The translations under genes and the position numbers were made by a program. Of a DNA stretch of 55,325 nt, positions 41,601 to 47,708 are shown one piece after another. The stretch covers positions 1 to 55,325 of IMG/VR virus record IMGVR_UViG_3300017755_000007; one strand, given 5' to 3'. The notes under the pieces were generated by a model, which had not been told where the DNA came from, did not search any database, and worked only from the letters and a program-made list of their open reading frames with translations. Source of the DNA: a virus (taxonomy: Duplodnaviria > Caudoviricetes). Each line of letters opens with the position of its first letter. The first letter of the stretch is position 1.

Positions 41601-44600
41601 TACTTTAACATCAGAAGATCCCTCAGTGGGAGAAGTCTCCATGACAAAGTATACTGCATCATCCAAAACAATAAGATCGGTAATCTTTTCAGATCCATTA
41701 ACCGATGCAAGTTTTCTCTTTGCAGCAAACGTACCAGATGCATCTACAGATGCAATAAAAGCATCTTGTGGATTAGCAGAGTTTGTATTGGTAAAACCAC
41801 CGATAATATAACGAGAATCTGAATATCTCTTGATAGTAGTGATATTATCAGATCTTGTAGCACCAGAAATACCAGCATATCCTTTCTGGAAGTTTAAGGT
41901 AGCACTTAATCCATCAATTGCTTGTGTATATTTTGCTAAGATAATATCAGGATTATATGCAGCAAGAAGTGAAGAATTTGGTTTATTTTGACCAACTACC
42001 CAAATAAAATCTCCATTAACATCTAGTTTTACAAACTCTGTATATGTTTCTCCATCTTGACTTTCAAGAGTTTTTTCCCATTCTTTAACACCTAGTTCAG
42101 AGAACTTGGAGACAAATGCAACCTCGTTACTATTATTATCAAGAGTTTTACCACAGAAGAAAACCTCTTTATCATCATTAACAAATACATCATTAACTTT
42201 TACATAATTTTCATTTTCAATTACGGAAAGATAATAATTTGCCTTTTTAAAAACTTGAGGGTGAGATAAAATGATACGAGGGTTATTAACATATCCAGAA
42301 CCAGAATTAATAATATTGACAGTATCAATAGATCCAACCGAACTTACAATTGCTTGTAATTCTGCAGAATCGCCGTCACCATCAATAATGATCGTTGGGG
42401 GAATATCAACATCATACCCAGATCCATTTTGTTCAATAATAAGTTCTTCAACACCTTTTAATTGTCTAACAACAAACTGTTTGTTTGTGTTATCCATGAT
42501 CGGTGTATAATCCACATAAACAGTATCTTCAATAACAAGATTATGAGGATTAGTAGTTGTTAGTACACCATAGAATTTGTCTTCAACTACTTCAAAATTA
42601 TAAGAAGATATAGATTCACCCTTAATTCTAGAAACTCTAGCAGATGCACCAATTCCATCAGTATCAGTATTATCAAAAGTTAAAATATCATCAACTTGAT
42701 AATTTTTACCAGCATCTTCAATAATGAATCCAGTTACGGATGCATCTTCAAACTTGGTGGTAGTTTCAACTTCAATATCAACTTTAGAATCAAATCTTAC
42801 CGATGGGAAATAATCAAATAACTGTAAAGGAGATTCCTCAAAGAGTTGATCTGGATCGTCAGTTTCATCTTGACTAATAATACCATCTCTATTCTCATCT
42901 TCTACTTCAAACAGGATAATATCACCACCTTCTGTAGTTAAAGCATTTGTCGATGCATTAGGAGCACGTTCAACATCAATGTCAACATTCTCATAAGGAT
43001 CACGATATCTTACAACTCCTGTTGGGATATTCTGTTGGATTGCATCCTTATTCAAATTCCAAGAGTCTACAATAGAATTAAAACTTGGACCAATAACATA
43101 AGGGAATATTGGATTACCTGCTTCGGTAGTATCAACTGTAGTAAAGTAGCAATATCTACCCTCTGGAAAATCAGGAGTTTTACAGAAACGACCATTGTAT
43201 TGATCTAGATCTCCAAGACCAAATGCATATTCATAGTCTTCAACAAATTTTCCTGCAACTTCTTCGGTAAGCAAAGGACCAGCAGTTCTAACAGGATATG
43301 GATTTGAAACCCCATCATAGACTAGGTTAGTTTTTAATCGATATGAACTATTCAAACGAGTAGTATTCGAAGACTGATCCGTAGGATCTGAGTAACCATA
43401 AGGACCATAAATGGGATTGCCATCAAATGCCCAACCTATAATTGGCGAGTGTTCTAATTGAGTTTCTTGCTCTAAGATAGCACCAGTGATACTTTCAAAT
43501 AGATTATCACCAAGAATATATCTTAATTTTTGAGGGTTGGAAATATGAGCATATTCTCCCCCATATTGATTATTAAAACCAGCAAATACCGAACCTTTAG
43601 ACTCATCAACAGTTGTAGTCTCTTGTAAATTATAAGTCCACTCAAAAATATTTGGACTAAAGGTTGCTCCAGTACCAACTGATGTCAGATTGATAATAGT
43701 TGTTCCTTGAACATAATTGATGCCTCTATTGAGGATTTCAATATTAGTAACCCTACCAGCATTTTCACCATCAGTATCGATAGTAGCACGGGCAACTGAA
43801 CCAAAACCATCACCTTGAATGGTTACTTCTGGTGCTGTAGTATATCCGACACCTGCAGAAATAATTGCAATAGAAATAATTCTACCATTACTTACAATAG
43901 CTTGAGCAACTGCACCAGTTCCAGAACTCAATGTAACTGATGGTTTAGAAGTATATGAAGCACCTCCATCAGTTACTGCAATAGACTGAATTGCACCTCT
44001 AACGGAAGCAGTTGCTGTAGCGCCAGTGCCACCACCACCAACAATAGTAATAGATGGTTGAGAGGTATATCCAGTACCACTAGTATTCATAAGGATACTA
44101 GAAACAACACCTTTAGTAACAATAGCAGTTGCTGCAGCACCAGATCCATTACCACCAACAATAGAGACAAGTGGTGAGGAAGTATATCCAGATCCACCAT
44201 TATCTACAACAATTTCAGTAATAGAACCATTTACAGTTACTGCTGCAGTAGCATCTGTTCCTCCACCACCAGAAATAGTGATAACTGGAGGGAATGCCGC
44301 ATCATATGAAGATCCTGCATCTGTGATATTGATTGAAGTGACTGGTCCAAAAGTTTTTGTGATATCTGACTTATATGACCAAACTGATGTTCCATTAATC
44401 CAAGTTCCAATAGGACCAGGTGAAATAGCATTCTTAATTGAAATTGTAGAGGGTACTAATGGAAATCTATTCAGTTTACGTTGGTTTCCAGGTAAAAGAG
44501 CAGATCCTGGGAAGGGTCCGATCTTATAATTTGGAATACCAGTAGATGCAACATATGCATAATTATCATTGAAAAATGAATTCTGAATATTAGTGGTATA

Positions 44601-47600
44601 AGGACCAATAGAATTAAAAACTGCACTATTATCAGATTTTCCTTTATTAAGGTCAACAGAGACTAATATATTACCCTGAGGTACTACTTCTGCTGGTTGT
44701 GGCAATTGATATTGGAAAACAGATTCAGTATCTCTCGATGTTACTTCAAATGTTCCGTTATAAACAATTGGATTCGCACCGTAAATAGTAACTTGATCCC
44801 CAACCAAAAGACCATGGTTATTAGAACAAGTGACTGTTGCAAATGTGTTATTAATACCACCATAGGTGATAGTATCAACTTGTAATAGTTTCTTAACATT
44901 ATACAACCAGGTTGTTAATTCTGGTTTGTTGGAAGTTCCTCCAAGTTTAGATACCGATAGTTTATCTCCAGAAAGATAGTAAGATCCAGTATCTGTTAAC
45001 GTTGTTTCTTGAGCATCAACAATACCAACTACTTTAAGAACAACTTCAAGAGATGTTCCTTTATTAACGTATACAATAAGATTTGAGTTTACTTCTGTAG
45101 CAGCATCCCAGTCTTCAACAACACCGTTTACAGAACGAGTACACTCAATAAATTGGTTTAGAGACTTCTCTTTATATTGAATTAACTCAGAGTTTCCAAT
45201 TAAAAATTCACCATTTCTTTCTGGCCAACCAATAGTAGAGTCTACAGTAATAATACTATCTGTAGTATTAAGAGGTTCACCAAGTTTCGTCTTATAAGGA
45301 ACTACAAAGTTACCTTGAATAGTTTCTTCAGAAAGAACAAGTTCAAAAAGTTCTACATTAGATGTTTTAATAGAAATGAAATTTTCAATTAGAGCAGTTG
45401 CTACTGAAATATTAGGATCTGCAATATTATTATCTTGTGTTAATAATCCATCTTTAATATTTTCAGGATCTCCACTAACTAATGTAGCGCGAAGAATCGT
45501 ATCAATAGACCAAGTGGCATCAGATGGTTTGATGATTTGATCCTTAGGATAGGAAACAGAAACTTCTTCACCATAAAGAAGTTTAAACAGATAGGATATA
45601 CTGAAAGATGTACCTTTAGTGGAATAAAAATCTTTTACAGACTTAATTGCATTTCTTACATCAATTTTAGTATAATCGAGTGTAGGAACATCGGGAAGGA
45701 ATTGATCAATATATTTGTCAAGTAATCTTTTGACAAATAATGCGTCTAGACATTTTACTTCAGTATCAATTTCTGCAGTTGCTGCAACTGTATTATTAGA
45801 AAATACAGCATTACCAACTTCGGTATAATTAACAATACCACTTGCCGCTCTAGCACATCCTAAAAATTGTGCTTTATCATATCCAGATCCAACTTTAGAA
45901 ATAGAGAAACCAGTAATTTGATTCAATCCAATCTCAACAGATGCTTTAGATTGAGGAGGATCTTGAATAATAATTGTAGGAGGATTTACTGCAGAATATC
46001 CAGAACCAAAATTAGTGATATTGATGTCAGTAATTTGTCCATTAAAGACCGATGCTGTTGCTGTTGCTCCAGTTCCACTGGCATCTGTTCTGTTATCAAC
46101 AATATAAACAGAGGGAACATCTTCATACCCAACACCACCACTTAAAAGTTCAACAGATACAACTCTTCCATCACTGTCAACTAAAGTTTCTAGAACTTGA
46201 GCTCCAGTTGGATTGATTACAGCAATTCTAGGAGTTGTAAGGTATCCTTGACCAGCATTCAAAACATTAACAGATGTAACCACACCATCGGTTAAAACCG
46301 CCTGTAAGACCGCTTTAATACCATTCTCACCCACTGGTTCATCAACATAGATTAGAGGCACTGTGGTGTATCCAGAACCACCTTCAGAAACAGTAACTCC
46401 TCCACTAATACTACCGTTGGACATGGTTACTGGAGCAATCTTTGCCCCGCCAGGTTGTTTGAATGAAACTCGAGGGATAAAAGTATATCCACTTCCAGAA
46501 TTTTCAATTTCAAGACTGGTTATAGAACCATTTTCAACTACTGCTTTAATTTCAGCACTTTGTGAATCTGTGGTAGTTGGTGCTTGAATTACGACTTCTG
46601 GAGGATTAGTATCACTATATCCTCTACCACCATCAAGTAGACTTACAGACTTAATACCATTTACAAGTGCAGATGCTGCAGCACCTCTACCGTTCAAACT
46701 ATTGATTGAAACTTTTGGAGGATACTTATATTGATATCCAGATCCAGTTTGATTAATATTGATTCCAGTAAGAGTACCAGTATCACTAATACGAGCATAT
46801 CCAACTGCACCACTACCAAAATCGGGAATAGGTGCTTCAATTGAATATAAAGAAAGTAATCTGCCGTTTAAAGGTGCTTCATTAAAAATGAAAATATCTC
46901 CATCAATGAAGAAATCTTTTTTTGGTTCAAGAAGTTTATTATCATATACCGCTAGAATATATTCATCTGCAATTGGTTCATAAGATACACCATTCCTAGT
47001 AATTTTAAATTCTGTCTTATTTTCACCAAATGAACCCGAAATATCGTCAGTATCAACAATTGAATTCTCAACAAAACCACTAAGGAATGTAATAAATGTA
47101 TTAACATTATCATCACCTGCAGTTCTTACTCTAGGTGCAGTTGTAAATACAATATTTGTCCCTTCAATAACATAATCCACAGTAGGAATTAAAACTTCTC
47201 CATAAACACTAACAATTAAATGTTGTGCAGATGGACTACTAACAGGAGAAGACTGTGATGTTAGTGGAAAAGAACGAGTTGTTCCATCAAATGAATCGAT
47301 AAGTTGAGCAAGTCCAGTCCACTTTAACCTGACTTGATCATAAGAAATACCAGGACTTAATGCAATATTAGGAGAGGTTGTACTTTTTTCATAGTAGATT
47401 ACCTCATCGCCAATAAGAATTGATCCGTTTGTATCAATAAAACTATCAACACTCTCAACAACAATGGTGTCAGTTGTTTTAGTAATAGGTTCTACAATTT
47501 TTGTAGCACCACCTAAGATACTAATATCCAATTTGTCAATATCAAGATATTGCAAAAAGTTATTAACAATATTTTGACCCAATCCAGTTTTTTCTTGAGA

Positions 47601-47702
47601 TCTATAATAGTACTCAATAAATTTATTAAACAGTGGGTAATCTGTTTTTAGGAACTCAGGAGACTGAGTAGCAATCGACTGGGAGACCTTATTTGTATTC
47701 AT
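26619..47702 (-). CDS. g7: Giant baseplate wedge initiator (gp7-like), 7027 aa, multi-domain
   Basis: Directly follows g6. PEF....YP.F..F..YY, FY..KGT..S..YLFK.LYGE and IQDS.YYQ.FSY...HPA.FKVFG motifs. Also carries YHYH-like, LamG-like, FG-GAP and helical repeat domains. Confidence 0.85.
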   Translation of the reverse strand: MNTNKVSQSIATQSPEFLKTDYPLFNKFIEYYYRSQEKTGLGQNIVNNFLQYLDIDKLDISILGGATKIVEPITKTTDTIVVESVDSFIDTNGSILIGDEVIYYEKSTTSPNIALSPGISYDQVRLKWTGLAQLIDSFDGTTRSFPLTSQSSPVSSPSAQHLIVSVYGEVLIPTVDYVIEGTNIVFTTAPRVRTAGDDNVNTFITFLSGFVENSIVDTDDISGSFGENKTEFKITRNGVSYEPIADEYILAVYDNKLLEPKKDFFIDGDIFIFNEAPLNGRLLSLYSIEAPIPDFGSGAVGYARISDTGTLTGININQTGSGYQYKYPPKVSINSLNGRGAAASALVNGIKSVSLLDGGRGYSDTNPPEVVIQAPTTTDSQSAEIKAVVENGSITSLEIENSGSGYTFIPRVSFKQPGGAKIAPVTMSNGSISGGVTVSEGGSGYTTVPLIYVDEPVGENGIKAVLQAVLTDGVVTSVNVLNAGQGYLTTPRIAVINPTGAQVLETLVDSDGRVVSVELLSGGVGYEDVPSVYIVDNRTDASGTGATATASVFNGQITDINITNFGSGYSAVNPPTIIIQDPPQSKASVEIGLNQITGFSISKVGSGYDKAQFLGCARAASGIVNYTEVGNAVFSNNTVAATAEIDTEVKCLDALFVKRLLDKYIDQFLPDVPTLDYTKIDVRNAIKSVKDFYSTKGTSFSISYLFKLLYGEEVSVSYPKDQIIKPSDATWSIDTILRATLVSGDPENIKDGLLTQDNNIADPNISVATALIENFISIKTSNVELFELVLSEETIQGNFVVPYKTKLGEPLNTTDSIITVDSTIGWPERNGEFLIGNSELIQYKEKSLNQFIECTRSVNGVVEDWDAATEVNSNLIVYVNKGTSLEVVLKVVGIVDAQETTLTDTGSYYLSGDKLSVSKLGGTSNKPELTTWLYNVKKLLQVDTITYGGINNTFATVTCSNNHGLLVGDQVTIYGANPIVYNGTFEVTSRDTESVFQYQLPQPAEVVPQGNILVSVDLNKGKSDNSAVFNSIGPYTTNIQNSFFNDNYAYVASTGIPNYKIGPFPGSALLPGNQRKLNRFPLVPSTISIKNAISPGPIGTWINGTSVWSYKSDITKTFGPVTSINITDAGSSYDAAFPPVITISGGGGTDATAAVTVNGSITEIVVDNGGSGYTSSPLVSIVGGNGSGAAATAIVTKGVVSSILMNTSGTGYTSQPSITIVGGGGTGATATASVRGAIQSIAVTDGGASYTSKPSVTLSSGTGAVAQAIVSNGRIISIAIISAGVGYTTAPEVTIQGDGFGSVARATIDTDGENAGRVTNIEILNRGINYVQGTTIINLTSVGTGATFSPNIFEWTYNLQETTTVDESKGSVFAGFNNQYGGEYAHISNPQKLRYILGDNLFESITGAILEQETQLEHSPIIGWAFDGNPIYGPYGYSDPTDQSSNTTRLNSSYRLKTNLVYDGVSNPYPVRTAGPLLTEEVAGKFVEDYEYAFGLGDLDQYNGRFCKTPDFPEGRYCYFTTVDTTEAGNPIFPYVIGPSFNSIVDSWNLNKDAIQQNIPTGVVRYRDPYENVDIDVERAPNASTNALTTEGGDIILFEVEDENRDGIISQDETDDPDQLFEESPLQLFDYFPSVRFDSKVDIEVETTTKFEDASVTGFIIEDAGKNYQVDDILTFDNTDTDGIGASARVSRIKGESISSYNFEVVEDKFYGVLTTTNPHNLVIEDTVYVDYTPIMDNTNKQFVVRQLKGVEELIIEQNGSGYDVDIPPTIIIDGDGDSAELQAIVSSVGSIDTVNIINSGSGYVNNPRIILSHPQVFKKANYYLSVIENENYVKVNDVFVNDDKEVFFCGKTLDNNSNEVAFVSKFSELGVKEWEKTLESQDGETYTEFVKLDVNGDFIWVVGQNKPNSSLLAAYNPDIILAKYTQAIDGLSATLNFQKGYAGISGATRSDNITTIKRYSDSRYIIGGFTNTNSANPQDAFIASVDASGTFAAKRKLASVNGSEKITDLIVLDDAVYFVMETSPTEGSSDVKVSFGKVLIGTSVITVEWIKEINNVTYSFGDTSLIVDEFNEFYITSTLALKSNTTIKDSFWIGKLDTNGDLLWNYRYIAPVGNNIELASRSSIDIFGDLNIAYTSTNSTSGLKTVDTAKIGYNGILKKHTNSEFNANNIEGITVNAITVDNSGDVYAFGQTQWNRNEFVLPFTTGATQATDITGHYTPSIVETGDSVRFLADYAFIQGYQTASPSSWENATVKILGSELGTKLNDDWTLEFMIYKNGSEYQSFSQTQYTLVSIGDATDATGGLWLYYDESSGRLELVVTNDTTSINSAGGAIQSTQTTMYADNSWQFIGIKKEGNVFKVYVNSTEILTGTISDTIFTNKDIHFGNIPGRSTTTGQFRSNEQFQGYIDTVRLKNRAVAPTVPSDVTTIPPVGAYALALDWADDAWFATNTSRYDYIDYIGWGLKVDKDSDTDRLGDKGILSTTNIGLVRTAITPVTGVSMTVSSTGFALGTSGFQGLDFEDATTTMQEGTETLTYSSDIWSSRTATVPSPGSKKLKVSAVVKDRYYMKVTDTVKIDNIQELSLNQDFQITLGSKLVLNTDAGSFINSGYVIKTDTTNNKVYVAVNNNSWSDDLNTGLLSTEQFDEKDTYGIIGTTPSDVNVIERYVFGDIVNTTPGTFDIDLDDYNLDGTGYNAGGGQNLDSFAKFKPFGADIYSVQIVEVSGSTSFIPGSVVSITASDISFNTAKTTAQITNLTGVTKITLVATLDKVLQATSVVNTDEVYIITSSRHYLDVGHNILVDGNPSQTAGGTVYDEYDGSFTVDTVVSDREFVYKLPAAAQTDPAPNAANVSIFSKSPVLKMYYGHQYLFDLSHSSMLGANLSFSKDNLYKLEYSFNSIERIGTPGITGEGQPTPTVKFKVGQDTVTNISYYFDPSRTGADTPVDPSSYLDIVDSPYVGTFTISEVTGATITVGAKTMKFPLSNEPEGVATITNTNYMTSSKKGVGSIGQIRLVNSGGFYSRLPIVTGIESSRKIERAEISEPGTEYQVGTYNSVPISGDGEGGLVTIVVANGQTDEGVTIPGQIQQVTITSPGKGYTTAFIDIESIDGILGAGLTGSGAAINVVIPPFGTGAVIFTKGTNVGKIKKLKNNNFGYDYPHDYTLRPEITFPINAQLTSTSILDSITVTDPGSGYSQAPAIIITGGGGSGAIAEASIRNGRIEQILIKDPGAGYSSAPTVSLKSSFNYVVNLDLGLLQFAFPHGIVNGSAVTLNVVDTGDGIEFPLASGAVGRLNGNTTYYAITGTANSLDGDQLKLAITPANAELGDAITFANAGTGRQQVLTESFGAAAEANVITSTFLEGEMVYQGDSLENATATGFVSTNQGWQVGPRILKVVDYTGVFSENQKVTGVISKSSGVISDLNIAKGVLEIGPITKTTGQFIDDVGKPSEIIQKIQDSYYYQDFSYAVKSSVSIDDWKDILIKNVHPASFKVFGELNLGEYGYTANREIDFELTKSVELAREATVPNIQNFALAEPIYSEFNNTEVLFRQRRLTSSENILTSVVQRLDDMSNLFDGERTQFPLTVNGENVIANANQLLVVLNGVAQTPDASFEVQGDSIIFSEPPSPPASVKYVSVGIQQIATVDLEFSFTSGIFPNVGNTLIGITSGARLTVTNVIGDTIRGFVTEGTFVSGEQCQVGATGFSGTLQTIDSGIYSNGLFVFNEQITNLDGDLAVVETINLETGQETPIAKLRYGIGASTTNVEVVSTAAGVDTPVPIGTFVENDDYQIASEIVTVTSVTNGSDSTTIVVTRGQLGTAATSHQEDTPMYSTDIEVTNDLTLSKTAGTYQSTPGLFNIQLNDVIIGAQSGVVARITSTSAYQDPITQEFIEQVNISSGSSFFGLLFNRLTSISYPNKIIDDISNSQVSIVDFTDNVTAFNADFPNNESISNNIVIYDNETGEFTDDEFIRNYRVLYGGNTGDFSANENMAVRKLTFTDLVGGGFFSSGQIIRTADTKAEIIGYSQARNTLYLGKIGRSQSTGQDYHTASFVAGAQLNTANSKFGSACLALSKGTSAHSFVSGVDDAIIAGGGATGSFTAATGTTYNPFTGDMVITIGTHTLTTSNTVTIVDDGIVFTCGSDNNTNNYAYPRATDPASGSALAITAETDTTITVNVGPVPIDEYLTIPTSTEFGFASGDFTVETWIKLNSVAAGGKTIFDMRSGATELAPYLYVDGANIKYYNNGSVTITGATTLVVDTWYHVAISRSGTDTKLFLNGTQEGGTYSDASNYGSTKPIRIGADYAGSAVTPGYFDDFRVSNSARYTATFTAPTGMFHGDANTKLLLHFDGTNGQTYTQDWSGTESFTDGEEFNNDAITGSTRQYGGLHQFVSATTNAITIDSANKTPTDATYDSSTGLLVLTIGSHSYTTSSTLTIAANSLTFTCDKDNYVTNHTYPRSTDPSFGVTLDVTAVSGTTVTVNVGTSPRGFANKTHRYYDAATAVLKNIDLLSEEGDAVATAASPYQLDYSTAAAVYGSSDSVAYDYFGSSVAVSDDGTTNKMVVGAYQDDDDAENSGSAYIFDLNGGSQVKITAGSSNAGQNDTFGYSVAVNNNKVAVGAPSDSDDGTNSGSVYIFNADGTNRIKVTASDAAASNYFGHSVAIDGNYLVVGAYGNDSSKGAVYRFDLDGTNELKIVASDAATGDELGHSVAIGNNKIVTGAPYDDDTASATGSVYVFDLDGTNQVKINHTSPAENDRFGWHVAIGENKIAVGAKYRNNAYIYDLDGTNEVVLSSAGTDGTGGNFGASVAVNQGKVFVGAPIRSITNGSGIVQPSAGKIYAYDLDGTNQLVLNSTEQGSQYDYLGDDFALAVGDNRVIAGSKFADPNNAESAGEIFVWNYTQSLSTTNFALTYKSVLTELIEDMRNGSNSHIWDISAGLVDRTVTPVSGIVGYSTVDDNQLLTGLQTIQGHMSSIINYIPITITGSHGLTQFTDATVTDSSYTTLTTLTPSTVSYTPENGNMVLTFGTPHALTTSDYIRIAPGSLKFTCTSDGDVCVNAYPRATDPVHESTIKIDAFTTNTFTVNVGASPVGQQYPHTFVSADTDAVTVLNYSTSDCADVVSTVNNLLDIVEDTISEAIGTTTNDANADHIATITKVDPIVEFVGGTVDAYYEVPFTSSYHDATNDYVYAHSIGADDRYRFRDAANLIRANASVIVDKASADMLSRYPDLASTMPRNVGGGTAGTERCKTDLAIIVGEIANDIEYGGNDNTITAAKFYLNTINEIQHIRLQVWQSAYAHERLGYYMKQAINGDLDYTNTDNIITGDWGITNDSGQCANVQTAIDNLIDAINDLIAPTGLDYNTAADRLYFNRGYIAEEIVGTSATNLGLLGTELRYSLNSGTFTAATYTRTVYSGYIQDLIVAMISDLQTGGNNSTITQMQKFLTTDLKIITIDNELYTFFFANEQIRTLGEKAIKNLLYDRGTNVTSPQYAAAFTNNTAYRDSITPTDIDTVSCRMRELLDTALNTLFPGKIEARSAVKNILFNENYYKQEIAASVNNQFGQDSWVYNSFVEDIVNNIEYDFITSNTTDTQVAYTLTFSSFYGTFIAGETITNGSTTATVLYSSGSTMIIGSLVGTIFADDDSITAPSGASATIGENGVSVVHEWYNDTSNVKTIETASAISSLIEGSIIPTNLWTTPEQFDSNWTTALTEVSVNTGTSPDNTITSEKIAITETTGQHHIQRSYSLTSFDTFDSDGSKFDSGSLKFDSGAVNPTQTFTSSMFVKASEYNNVRFTVFLDSGTENAHFNANLTTGQIGSIFTTSGLTVTGHGAIPFGNGWYRLFITTEFGFGFATLVNKLNILSNTTALLDFTGTANDIKLTPALANNSQIGRTAESMSSGNGKVVIGAGLASTDGLTSNGTVYVYDQDGSNQVQLFPGVKSSFAYFGNATSIGNSKIAIGAYGETMNGLANAGRVYIYDLDGGNEVKIDMSTSDLTQRSNDYFGQSVAIFNNKVYIGANGWSGAANNQAQQGAVCVYDLSGNFEYSIQASDAAASDRFGFSVAAGNGKVAVGALGETSSTGAVYVYDAADGANEVKFTHAGSSTGDQFGYGVVIGDNKIGVFSPNMTVGGNAARGGAWVFDLDGTNEVELTPVAGGDGGGAAGIKFGHSMTIDNGKVAVGAPNDQLSSGGVATQGLVFLYDLDGTNGIIESAFDANVADLFGSAVTLISGNLYIAASGGDDQNSNAGSIYLLDITGGPGVFAWGAKLSNEVLGTYVAVSGQEFYANVEYNIKKFTLDLLQDFFRRALDNDLISPSPTSGFYKFYDSTAGANYDGKSVMGFIRSNIDIIEEQLKSSNHYTNVDLTNSITIQTKSYGTRDIPVGISGELIGSDYFYSLDKDTYAEIQTIAINEAKVAKAYKRFRIDGNITDGPFTMNEVVQKQGDGSITGIVYGFYEDENYKYLDVAVTAGTWSITDIIEGATNTTTAQVSAIENRLHVINVRGSFEEDISFKGYTSTESAQPISYTVNQSAVTNNTGGILTVDTETLLGSLETTSVVYPESSREYLEVKKYAGLDISVGDRIASIGYLRLTVSVDATLDLFQVGNKLYRMVSGGVQDTSVYGTITEVDLDNNYIYVTPIQGSFNITDIIGDFGLGETVLQGTATVSNRTTVAGAASGLVQDVRDVGLSKRLYLTNVIGTFTGRDGLRGPQGYRSSVLTRKILKARVKRFFRGFDGVQTTFNLTTEKGTQYLPDPAGHMLIFINGILQPPGAGAAYTAFSDKIQFSEPPDIGSSFTGFYIGKLRQLDDISFEFDSLRQSFNLRRDEIFYSLTLTDGVQSSTIRPENNIIVSINGVLQEPGVGFEIVGSRIIFSEIPRFGSTFVAFSYVGSEADVDADVVVPPVEAGDFIDIQGEVSDREVAVIESSNSLITFDYLGSVFGQNAQATANLTSGFIEKVQITAGGSGYTSRPTVRLDSISGFEGQVRALIGVAGVTVTDTGTGYQNPDVNVETTVPDDWTAPDISLYGEEVIDPEVIS
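28961..30090 (-). repeat. FG-GAP-type beta-propeller repeats (about 7) in gp7, copy 2
   Basis: Repeated FG.SV.I...K..[VI]GA......G.VY[VI]YD.DG.N. Boundaries approximate. Confidence 0.85.
33022..34110 (-). repeat. FG-GAP-type beta-propeller repeats (about 7) in gp7, copy 1
   Basis: Repeated FG.SVA......VGA..D....GS.Y[IV]FDLDGTN. Boundaries approximate. Confidence 0.85.
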
Positions 47703-47708
47703 CTAACT

